Shown one piece after another: positions 55,948-64,000 of a stretch of DNA of 64,000 nt. Source of the DNA: Fibrobacteria bacterium (GTDB taxonomy: Bacteria; Fibrobacterota; Fibrobacteria; UBA11236; JADFYW01); assembly GCA_050294405.1 (NCBI GenBank), contig JBNKOC010000007.1:1-64000 (forward strand), in the 5' to 3' direction. Every line of letters starts with the position of its first letter. Position 1 is the stretch's first letter. The notes below the pieces were generated by a model, which did no database searches, was not told the DNA's origin, and saw nothing but the letters and a program-made list of their open reading frames with translations. The position numbers and the translations under genes are program-made.

Positions 55948-58900
55948 GTGTCTATGATAAATTCTTTCTTCCAGAAAAAATGGCTGTGGCCAGTTTTAAT
56001 CGCTTTATGCCTTTTCTTCAGCTTAAACGGCTGCCTATTTAATTCGAAGTCTTCCGACGAGGTAGTGGTGAATTTCTCACACCCAAACGAAGAAGCTATA
56101 ACGTCAGAAACCCATTCGGTAAAAGTCAAAGTAGTTTACCCAAATGGGGATTCCCTCATTTTGTACCAGGGCCCAATTACTAAAGGCCCCTGGAAAGGGA
56201 CTGTTAAAAAAAGCAATATGGATTTAATAATATCCCAATTTGATAGCCTGGGGACGGAGTTGGTTAGTGAAACCTACTCATATTCTTTTCAAAATGGAAC
56301 TCTTAAAATTCAGAATAAATTAGAGCTTCATCCTGCAAGCGTGGAGTTGGTAGAAGGGGGAAATCCAATCCAAATTAATGCAAAATTATTTCCTTCAACC
56401 TTAAATTTATCAATAACCTGGGAAAGCTCTGATAGCACTATTGCCAAAATCACATCAGAAGGAATACTAGACCCCGTTTCTCCCGGTCAGACTTTAATCA
56501 TTGCCAGTGTAGGAGAAACTTTAAAAGATAGCGTGTTTGTTACTGTCCTTTCTTCCTCAGAGAATCCCAATCCAATCTCACTTATTTCAGGATTAAAAGA
56601 TACCTTGGTTAATATAGGGGACGATGTGGATTTTTCAGTCTTAGCCGAGGGACAAAACCTCCAATACAAATGGTTCCTGAATAATATCGAACAAGAACTA
56701 GCGACACAGTCCGCTTTTACTCTTCCTAGTATCACTGCAAATTTAAATGGGGCGCAAATTTCTGTTGAAATTTACAACGGGGATACAAGTATCCTTTCCA
56801 GCTCAATACTGTGGGTATCAGACCCTGCCGCTCCCCTTGCATTTTTAAAATTTCAAGCTGATACCGTGTTGGTTAATGGGTCTTCTGTCCTGTTTTCAAC
56901 TATAGTGAATAAATTGAAAACTGTGGGATACTCCTGGACTAAAGATGGAACCATGCTTTCTGATTCCTCCAAGTTCATATTAAGTAATGTATCTGAACTA
57001 GATGCAGGCCAATATATTTTAAATGTAAATTGGGAGTCGGAAACATTATCTGATAGTTTTTACTTAACGGTAAGTGCACCAGCCACATATACTATAAGCC
57101 TCTTAGCTGGAGAAAATGGGAAAATCACCCAAGCTGGTAATTCTGTAACTACAGTAACCGCAGCCGAAGGTTCATCCTCAACCTTTAATTTTGAACCAGA
57201 TGAGGGATATGTTATTACTCAAGTATTAATTGATGATGTGGAAAATGCAAGTGCTTTAGAAGAAGCAGAGTATACATTTAATGATATTGATCAAAATCAC
57301 AGTATCGAGGTTTTATTTGGAAAAGCGCAATATTCCCTAACTATTTCGATAAATCCAGATCTGAATGCTGGTAGCGTAAATAAAACGCCAGACAATACAG
57401 ATTATGCTACCAATTCGGTAGTAAGCCTTAAAGCGGTGCCCAATGAAGGTTATCAATTCAAGGATTGGAGCGGGAATTCTCCAGAGTTTTCCAATTCAAG
57501 TGACAGCTTACAAGTTACAATACAAGACGAAAATATCATCGGAGCTGCAAATTTTGAACGAATTCCTGTGACCTTAACCTTTTTCAGCAGTCCTGGTGGC
57601 AGCAATAACCCGGGAAATCCAGAAACCAACAATTCAGATTTTTATTGGGGAGATACTATAAATATATCGGCAAACCCCAATAGCGAAGAAGGCTGGCAAT
57701 TTACGGGTTGGGAAGTAAATGTATCCAGCTCCACTCTTATCACTTATGTTAACGGAACAACAGCCTCCAGTGAAAATGCCAATATTGTCCTGACCGGTGA
57801 AAACATTGAGCTAACTGCAAATTATTCCATGGAAATATTTACCATTACTGTAAACCAAGGCACAGGAGGCGGTATTTATGCAGATGGCAATTTGGCCCAG
57901 CAAACCATCAATGTTGGTTACGGTTCTTCGAAAGAGTTTATTTTCACAGCAGACATTGGAAATAGCCTGTCCAATGTCTTAATTGACGGGGTTTCAAATG
58001 CGGAAGCTATTGCCAATGCATCATATACCTTTCAAAATATCACTCAAAACCACACCATAAGCGCAACTTTTACTCTGCTTCAATATGGCGTCAATTTTGA
58101 TTTGGATAATAAAGGCGCTCGAACTGGAGGCGGGGCTTTAGTCCAAAACGTCAATCACGGGGAAGCAGCAGTCGCTCCAAGTGTTCAGGGAAATGTAGGT
58201 TGGATATTTGACGGCTGGGATAAAAGTTTTAACAATGTTACATCTGACTTAGTTGTTACTGCCACCTACCTACCCGAAACTTATTCCATAACTGTTGTGG
58301 CAGGCACTGGAGGCAATGTAAGCCCTTCGGGATTGCGAACAGTTGCCCATGGTAGCAACTTAAATATTTCCGCAACTCCCACTTCTGGTTATGTTTTCCA
58401 GAACTGGACCACCAGTGGATTAAACATTACAAACTCTAACTCTGCTTCCACCAGCATAACCAATGTTACTTTTGACGGCACCGCCACCGCAAATTTTTTA
58501 AAACTATGGGCTTGCGGAGATCCTTTAGTGGACGACCGTCCCAATTTAGTGCAAGAAACCTATTCAACCGTTGCTGTCGGGAACCAATGTTGGATGGGGG
58601 AAAATTTAAGAGCCGGAACGTTTTTATACTCCCCCTCATACACCCAAGACCCATCTAATAATACCGTTGAAAAATATTGTTGGAATGACGAACCTGCCCA
58701 ATGTGAGACAGATGGAGGTTTTTACGTATGGCAGGAATTAATGGCGAACGATTCTACCCCAAAATCCCAGGGGATATGCCCTAATGGATGGCATGTTCCA
58801 GACACAACTGAATTTCGAATTTTAATTAACAGTGCAGTGGATATCAATTTGGGGGGGAATGGAACTTTTTACATTGAAGGTCGATCTTTTGGTACAGGGG

Positions 58901-59037
58901 TTCCGTGGTATTGGCTTTCCGATCAACAATCGGGGCCTGCTGCGCCCTTTGCTGTGAGCATTCGGGAGGCCGGCCCCCAAATTGAATATTGGTTTTCGAG
59001 CCTTACTGCTTATTACGCCAGATGCATTAAAGACTAA
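55948..59037 (+). CDS. Surface lipoprotein with Ig-like and InlB-B-type repeats and a C-terminal FISUMP domain
   Basis: Lipobox LNGC; Big_2 ITWESSDSTIAKI; LQYKWF; PNEGYQFKDWSG repeats; YSTVAVGNQCWMGENL, GICPNGWHVP, ARCIKD. Confidence 0.85.
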   Translation: MSMINSFFQKKWLWPVLIALCLFFSLNGCLFNSKSSDEVVVNFSHPNEEAITSETHSVKVKVVYPNGDSLILYQGPITKGPWKGTVKKSNMDLIISQFDSLGTELVSETYSYSFQNGTLKIQNKLELHPASVELVEGGNPIQINAKLFPSTLNLSITWESSDSTIAKITSEGILDPVSPGQTLIIASVGETLKDSVFVTVLSSSENPNPISLISGLKDTLVNIGDDVDFSVLAEGQNLQYKWFLNNIEQELATQSAFTLPSITANLNGAQISVEIYNGDTSILSSSILWVSDPAAPLAFLKFQADTVLVNGSSVLFSTIVNKLKTVGYSWTKDGTMLSDSSKFILSNVSELDAGQYILNVNWESETLSDSFYLTVSAPATYTISLLAGENGKITQAGNSVTTVTAAEGSSSTFNFEPDEGYVITQVLIDDVENASALEEAEYTFNDIDQNHSIEVLFGKAQYSLTISINPDLNAGSVNKTPDNTDYATNSVVSLKAVPNEGYQFKDWSGNSPEFSNSSDSLQVTIQDENIIGAANFERIPVTLTFFSSPGGSNNPGNPETNNSDFYWGDTINISANPNSEEGWQFTGWEVNVSSSTLITYVNGTTASSENANIVLTGENIELTANYSMEIFTITVNQGTGGGIYADGNLAQQTINVGYGSSKEFIFTADIGNSLSNVLIDGVSNAEAIANASYTFQNITQNHTISATFTLLQYGVNFDLDNKGARTGGGALVQNVNHGEAAVAPSVQGNVGWIFDGWDKSFNNVTSDLVVTATYLPETYSITVVAGTGGNVSPSGLRTVAHGSNLNISATPTSGYVFQNWTTSGLNITNSNSASTSITNVTFDGTATANFLKLWACGDPLVDDRPNLVQETYSTVAVGNQCWMGENLRAGTFLYSPSYTQDPSNNTVEKYCWNDEPAQCETDGGFYVWQELMANDSTPKSQGICPNGWHVPDTTEFRILINSAVDINLGGNGTFYIEGRSFGTGVPWYWLSDQQSGPAAPFAVSIREAGPQIEYWFSSLTAYYARCIKD

Positions 59038-59072
59038 GCTTGTAGCAACAAGCACTTAAGCTTTCAAAAAAT

Positions 59073-59097
59073 GGTTAATCTTCTTGTAAGATTAGCC
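59073..59097 (-). terminator. Hairpin between convergent genes
   Basis: ggttaatctt-cttgt-aagattagcc with a T-run on the minus strand. Confidence 0.55.
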
Positions 59098-59137
59098 CTA
59101 CTTACAAAGAATTTCTAATTGGCTAAACGGGATTGGA

Positions 59138-60517
59138 TTACTCGTCCCAGTTTTTACGTTGGGGATTAGTATAGGGATCTTTACAGAGCACGCAATCATC
59201 CCCATAAAAATAATGTTTTCCTCCTTCATCTCCATAAATCCAATAACGCATCCAGGCTATAATAGCAGGCCGGTGACTTCCACCGCCATCTTTTTCAATA
59301 TAGGTGTGCGCTGTATTCGCTCTGGTGGCTAAAAATGTTTGAACATTTGAAGCATCAAAAGTAGGCTGTCCAAAACTAACATCTGCAGAACCATTTAGCT
59401 GTAGCATTGGACCTTTTAAATCAGGAACTAAATCATGGCCATGTATGGAAACGGTAGTAAATATTTCCTCTTTTGCTCCTAAATTTACTGCCGCAGTACC
59501 TCCTACTGAAAAACCCATAGCCACAGCTCGGTCTGTCCAAATTTTTCCTTCAAATTTACTCCCAGAGACTGTATTCTGCCCTAAAATCCATTCTAAACCT
59601 GTTTCCATGGTCCGGGTATTCCCATCTCCAGGGTAAGGCCCTTCACTCAAAACAGGAGTACCAACCACCACAAAACCATGGGAAGCAAAGTGAGTTAACA
59701 AAGTGTTATGTATGGGCTCAACGGTTTGGTTAATTCCTGGCCCAAAAACTATAGGAGCATGCAAAAAGCCATTTTCCCCCATTGTTTCTGGCCTAAAAAC
59801 TATATAGCCATTTCCCGGACCAACATTTCTCTCGACCACTGTACTATAAGGCCCCATAGCTGAATAATCCTCAACTGGAGGCAAGGTTAATTCTTTTTCC
59901 AACGTTATTTCTATTCCAGTTTCGGATTCTGCTTCCAAGGCGTAGCTGGTTGTTTTGTAACCTTCCTTTTCAACTATCAAGGAATCAATAGCGGCTGCAC
60001 TGGCAACTGATTTTAAAAGATCTTGACTCATGGCTACTGAAAACTCGTGGTTAATATTAGCCGCAAAAATTTTTCCGTTAAGTTTATGGCCATCTGCTTG
60101 AATAGTTACAAGATAAATGGCCTCATTTAATTGGGGAACTTTAATACTGTGCTCACCGGAGTTGAGTTGAGCTAAATTAATATCCATCACTTTGCGGCCT
60201 TGTGAATTTGAAATTTTGATGCTTAAATTAGATACATCAATATTTGAGTTGAACTTCAGTTGGCTCTGATTAAGGCGAAAATGAGTAAAATAGCTTCCCA
60301 TTTTTTTTCCAGATTTTCCAAAAATTGAAGTCGAAACTGTAAGGGAAAAGGCGCCCCCGGCACTGGTGGTGTCTCGGATTTCAGTGTCCGAAGCAAGGTA
60401 AACTACAGCATCTGCCAGGCCATTTCCATTTGAATCTTTAACCTGTCCACTGTATTCTGAATTTGCCAGCGCAATAAATAGTGGGACCATAAAAATGGCT
60501 TTAATTAATTTTTTCAT
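59138..60517 (-). CDS. Secreted alpha/beta hydrolase (cutinase/PETase/chlorophyllase-like) with N-terminal Ig-like region
   Basis: ATG 60517 with GAGGAG RBS; GPYST, IVFRP, HFASHGFVV, MGFSVGG nucleophile elbow, GSAD, AH, AWMRYWI, CVLC. Confidence 0.8.
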   Translation of the reverse strand: MKKLIKAIFMVPLFIALANSEYSGQVKDSNGNGLADAVVYLASDTEIRDTTSAGGAFSLTVSTSIFGKSGKKMGSYFTHFRLNQSQLKFNSNIDVSNLSIKISNSQGRKVMDINLAQLNSGEHSIKVPQLNEAIYLVTIQADGHKLNGKIFAANINHEFSVAMSQDLLKSVASAAAIDSLIVEKEGYKTTSYALEAESETGIEITLEKELTLPPVEDYSAMGPYSTVVERNVGPGNGYIVFRPETMGENGFLHAPIVFGPGINQTVEPIHNTLLTHFASHGFVVVGTPVLSEGPYPGDGNTRTMETGLEWILGQNTVSGSKFEGKIWTDRAVAMGFSVGGTAAVNLGAKEEIFTTVSIHGHDLVPDLKGPMLQLNGSADVSFGQPTFDASNVQTFLATRANTAHTYIEKDGGGSHRPAIIAWMRYWIYGDEGGKHYFYGDDCVLCKDPYTNPQRKNWDE

Positions 60518-60716
60518 TTTTGAACTCCTCAATTCGGCAAGCTCCAATCTGGGTTTATATGATTGGAGCTAAGATGCTACAGTAAAATTAGGCTTTTTCT
60601 CATATCCTCATATGAATTCTTTGGCTAATTTATGTAAAAAAACGGAGTTAAAACAGGCTATTAAGCCATTTTGGAGATTTTCGAGGGATTTAGGCGTTTG
60701 GTGTTTCCTGGCTGTT

Positions 60717-61250
60717 TTAGCCTGCGAAATCGATGACTTTGGTTTTTTTTGCAAAAAGTTTAGAAAGTAAATTTTGACCAAGGACCAAAAATATTCCAAC
60801 CATAATAACAACATCAGCATAGTTGAAAATTCCAGTTCTAAGGCTGCCTATCCCCATGTTCATAAAATCAGTAACGGATTTATATAAGACTCTGTCCATT
60901 ATATTTCCAATTCCACCAGCAATTACCAAGCTGTATCCAAGCAATTCAAACAAAGGCATCTTCTTTTTTATTAACAAAATGAAAAGCCCCAAAACCAAAG
61001 CAAATATTGGGAACACAGTAAATAAAATTAACCTGTGGGAATCTTTTAAACCAGCGCCAAAACTTAACATAGCCCCTTTATTTTCCACTTTAGTGAGGTA
61101 AAAACTTTCACCTAAAACCGGAATAACTTCGTGGTATTCCAGATTGTTACGAACAATTTTTTTACTGGCCTGATCGCAGCCAATATTCATAAAAATAAAA
61201 AGGAGTATGAGACTACCCCTCTTTAGATTTTTCCATTTCAATTTGCCCAA
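60717..61250 (-). CDS. lspA: Lipoprotein signal peptidase II
   Basis: DQASK, VENKGAMLSFG, GGIGNIMDR, SVTDFM, IFNYADV. Confidence 0.92.
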   Translation of the reverse strand: MGKLKWKNLKRGSLILLFIFMNIGCDQASKKIVRNNLEYHEVIPVLGESFYLTKVENKGAMLSFGAGLKDSHRLILFTVFPIFALVLGLFILLIKKKMPLFELLGYSLVIAGGIGNIMDRVLYKSVTDFMNMGIGSLRTGIFNYADVVIMVGIFLVLGQNLLSKLFAKKTKVIDFAG

Positions 61251-61356
61251 TATTTATCCTTATTTTCAACAATACGGCTTTAATAATTTACAAGTTTTTT
61301 CAAACTTTAGGCAATCTCCTTTTAGAGAATATTTAGGTACTGGAAATTTTATTGGC

Positions 61357-61917
61357 TTATTCCACTTGGCTCTTAAATTCAGCCTTTCGATTCGAACTCT
61401 GCTCCGCAATATTTCCATTTTGATTAATCGCAAACTCCTCTCCAAAGCTCCTAATTTTGAGCTGGTTTTCGGGAACTCCCAACGCCATTAAATACTCCAT
61501 CACAGCCTTAGCTCTTCGCTCCCCCAGCGCAAGGTTATAATCTTCGGTTCCAAAACTATCGGTGTGCCCATCAATGGTCATATTGACAATGCTTTGGCTA
61601 GGGTTTTTACGGATAATATAAGCGACTTTGGAAAGAGTATTTCGCCCCTCTTCTGTTAGGACCCACTTGTCATAGTCAAAAAACACTTTGTTTTTCATAA
61701 CATCCTGCAACAGTAAATTAATTTCCGCTGGCTTTTTTAAACTAGCCGTGGCTTGATAAATATCCGAATCAATCCCCTTTGAATCAGAATCAATGTTGTT
61801 CGATGGATTCAATTTAACTTTCGCTTTGCTTTGATGGGAACCCGGACAATGTATAAAAAACAAAGAAGTAATAATCAGTAACATAAGTTTTAAATTTTTC
61901 AGGATTGACGCATTCAT
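61357..61917 (-). CDS. OmpA/Pal-family peptidoglycan-binding lipoprotein
   Basis: VFFDYDK, IDGHTDSFGTEDYNLALGERRAKAV, SFGEE, NRKAEF; lipobox FIHC; GGAGG RBS. Confidence 0.9.
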   Translation of the reverse strand: MNASILKNLKLMLLIITSLFFIHCPGSHQSKAKVKLNPSNNIDSDSKGIDSDIYQATASLKKPAEINLLLQDVMKNKVFFDYDKWVLTEEGRNTLSKVAYIIRKNPSQSIVNMTIDGHTDSFGTEDYNLALGERRAKAVMEYLMALGVPENQLKIRSFGEEFAINQNGNIAEQSSNRKAEFKSQVE

Positions 61918-62005
61918 TTAAACCTCCACATAATTTTTTAACTTTGATTAATATATTTCAGGAGCTGAAAAGAGTCCTTTTATTCAGCTTTGTAGAGAGA
62001 TTTAG

Positions 62006-62024
62006 TGGCCACAATTTGTGGCCA
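62006..62024. promoter_or_regulatory. Palindrome TGGCCACAA-T-TTGTGGCCA, candidate operator
   Basis: Perfect 9-bp arms with a 1-nt centre, between the small lipoprotein and OmpA genes. Confidence 0.45.
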
Positions 62025-62058
62025 TTATATTGTGAATCCTATATCCATTTGTTCAAAT

Positions 62059-62307
62059 TCAATTATTCTCAGTGCTGGTGGATCCACCCCTCTCCCCTTC
62101 TGGGACAGGAATGTTTGTATCCAGAGTATCTTTTGTACCTTCCTCAGAAGGCTCGTCGTCCAGTATTATTTCCGGCTGCGGGGGACTATATGGAACCGGT
62201 TCGGGTTTTGGTTTGGAACAAGCGGCCCATAACATTAAAGCCGCAATAGAAATAAGAGCAAGAGGCAAATTACTCTTAATTAACTGTTGTGGTATTTTTA
62301 TTTTCAT
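62059..62307 (-). CDS. Small Pro/acidic-rich lipoprotein coupled to TIGR02147
   Basis: Hydrophobic segment plus lipobox WAAC; ATGA overlap with the TIGR02147 stop. Confidence 0.7.
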   Translation of the reverse strand: MKIKIPQQLIKSNLPLALISIAALMLWAACSKPKPEPVPYSPPQPEIILDDEPSEEGTKDTLDTNIPVPEGERGGSTSTENN

Positions 62308-63146
62308 AGTTTATCAAGGTTAACTGAAACTGGAAAAAACTGCAGATTTAATTGAAAAACCCTATTGTACGAATCTGACTCCTCCACGATTTTCAATACA
62401 TCCTTGCGAAACTCTTTGGCTAATTTTTTAATTTTTTCAAATCCGTCCTCAGAGCTGCTCAATGTTATTGTAGATAAATCTCTTTGTTCTTTGGGAATCC
62501 GCTCATGGGCAAAATTACCCAGTAGAAAAGCTTGTTTTTGAAAATTTCTAATTGCCAACGATTGGACCAATTGAAAAGCCTGAATATGTTTATCCATTGC
62601 CTTATATATGGCTCCCTTTCTTTTTACTAGTTTTAATTTTGACAACGTTTGAACGGCATCCTTAGCCTTTGCGGAACTGATACTGGGAAGCAAAAGCCGA
62701 CCCAGGTAAGCATAATCGTTTTTAAAGTCCACTTTACAAATGACTTCTCTCAGTGGCGCTAAATACCAGTCTTTTAAATACTCAAATTGGGTGGATTGAA
62801 GTTGTATTATTTTGGAAGACTTCCCCAATTTCTTCATGACCTCCCAATATCTTAGCCTGGTTTCATGATCTTTACTTTCCTTGAAAAAGACCATAGCTTC
62901 AAAGTATTGGGCTTGGGATTTATTAAGATTGAGGGCCAATGTTACCTTAGGAATGGTTTTAAGATTTAAAGGGCGTTCAGCACGCATAACAAATTGCATA
63001 AAGCTACGTGACTTAAATCCAGCTTTATTCGCTAGCATTTGATATGAATAGTTGGGCTGACTTGCTTTTTTGGCTTTAAACCAATCGTTTAAATATTCAA
63101 TGTAATTGGTATAATTAAAAATATTAACACTATCTTCTGCGGCCAT
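62304..63146 (-). CDS. TIGR02147 family protein, copy 3
   Basis: NIFNYTNYIEYLNDWF, YSYQMLANKAGFKS, YFEAMVFF, YLKDWYLAPLRE, RDLSTIT, RVFQLNLQFFP; start inferred at ATG 63146. Confidence 0.92.
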   Translation of the reverse strand: MAAEDSVNIFNYTNYIEYLNDWFKAKKASQPNYSYQMLANKAGFKSRSFMQFVMRAERPLNLKTIPKVTLALNLNKSQAQYFEAMVFFKESKDHETRLRYWEVMKKLGKSSKIIQLQSTQFEYLKDWYLAPLREVICKVDFKNDYAYLGRLLLPSISSAKAKDAVQTLSKLKLVKRKGAIYKAMDKHIQAFQLVQSLAIRNFQKQAFLLGNFAHERIPKEQRDLSTITLSSSEDGFEKIKKLAKEFRKDVLKIVEESDSYNRVFQLNLQFFPVSVNLDKL

Positions 63147-63286
63147 AAAATCCACTTTTAATCTTTCTCGCCTATAAATAAACAATAAAAATTATTTACG
63201 ACCAGAATTAGGGCTAGAAACCCTTAAAAATTCCAATTTCACGCCATAAAAATAGTAGCTCTATAGATATTGAGCCTACTTAAACC

Positions 63287-64000
63287 CTATTCCAACTTAA
63301 TCAAAATCGGTTTAGAAAAATAATCCTTATAGACGCCAGAGACATACACTTCAGGCTGCATAAAATATTTATCTAAGCCTGGGGCAAAAAACAATTTCAT
63401 TAAGTCAAATTGAAAATATCCAGATATTTTTCCTTCCTGTATTTTCAGAGAAGTTAATGGCGCAAATATTTGAATTACTTTTGGCTCATCAAATTCCGGG
63501 GCGGAGACAAAAATATTAATGGGAAAATTTTTAATATTATCACTAATATCATAATCAAGACTAAAACTTCCATACACCACAAGTGGTGAATTATTTTCTT
63601 CTTTATTGGTTGTCACACACTTAAATGAAAAGCCCAACTCAGGAATATCCGGGCTTTGTTCATTCTTTTTAAAACCAAGCAAAGCCTCTTCGCTTAATCC
63701 ATCATCGGAGCTTTTTAACTTTTTTAAAAATTGAGATTGTGTTATCAAATGATATTGGGATACTAATTTAAATTTATGAACATTTGAAATATTATTTCCA
63801 TTGTGGAGGGCTATATTCCAATCACCAAATTCAGGAAATATCTGCGCTGGAATATCTTTCCAAAGACCTTCATAATTCACTTTTAAATTGCCGCCTTGCG
63901 TTTTTTCTTTTTGTGTCTTAGCGCCTGCACCTGGTAAAGGCATTTTATCCAGTTGCACTAATTTTTGCAATTTAACATCTCCGCTTGTATTTGAACTAAA
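63287..64000 (-). CDS. Hypothetical protein, 5' truncated by window
   Basis: Frame is open to the window edge; no family recognised. Confidence 0.6.
   Translation of the reverse strand, partial: FSSNTSGDVKLQKLVQLDKMPLPGAGAKTQKEKTQGGNLKVNYEGLWKDIPAQIFPEFGDWNIALHNGNNISNVHKFKLVSQYHLITQSQFLKKLKSSDDGLSEEALLGFKKNEQSPDIPELGFSFKCVTTNKEENNSPLVVYGSFSLDYDISDNIKNFPINIFVSAPEFDEPKVIQIFAPLTSLKIQEGKISGYFQFDLMKLFFAPGLDKYFMQPEVYVSGVYKDYFSKPILIKLE

Noticed and set aside
228..62323. Many short alternative-frame or antisense ORFs (e.g. 3891..4367, 5533..6033, 49922..50353, 51132..51623, 61905..62249)
   Set aside because: They overlap well-supported genes and show no recognisable motifs; treated as shadow ORFs
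6864..63185. Longest-ORF starts at 6903, 11447, 32682, 33409, 40357, 60547 and 63185
   Set aside because: Downstream ATGs fit the RBS, signal peptide or family N-terminus better and avoid long overlaps

Overview
AT-rich, gene-dense bacterial chromosomal segment, very likely Fibrobacterota: three TIGR02147/DUF4423 paralogues, a C-terminal FISUMP (Fibrobacter succinogenes major paralogous) domain, and T9SS-type sorting-like domains. No rRNA, tRNA, CRISPR or mobile element was recognised. Housekeeping and metabolic content: two-component kinases and regulators, a Crp/Fnr-TauE-persulfide dioxygenase-rhodanese sulfur cluster, rlmD, an SSS and a MATE transporter, GH26 and GH43 enzymes, OmpA and lspA. 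Many secreted or lipoprotein genes are of unknown function. Main leads: (1) a module seen three times, in which a TIGR02147 HTH gene is coupled by an ATGA overlap to a lipoprotein carrying a short G-x-x-x-[ES]-T-[GE]-[NV]-like motif; (2) a reprolysin-type metalloprotease whose propeptide is a separate gene with its own signal peptide; (3) a lipoprotein, ECF sigma, anti-sigma, exported caspase-like protease operon; (4) three matching AACC-N16-CGTA ECF-type promoters; (5) a candidate structured ncRNA after rlmD. All family calls come from motif recognition by eye; no database search was run.
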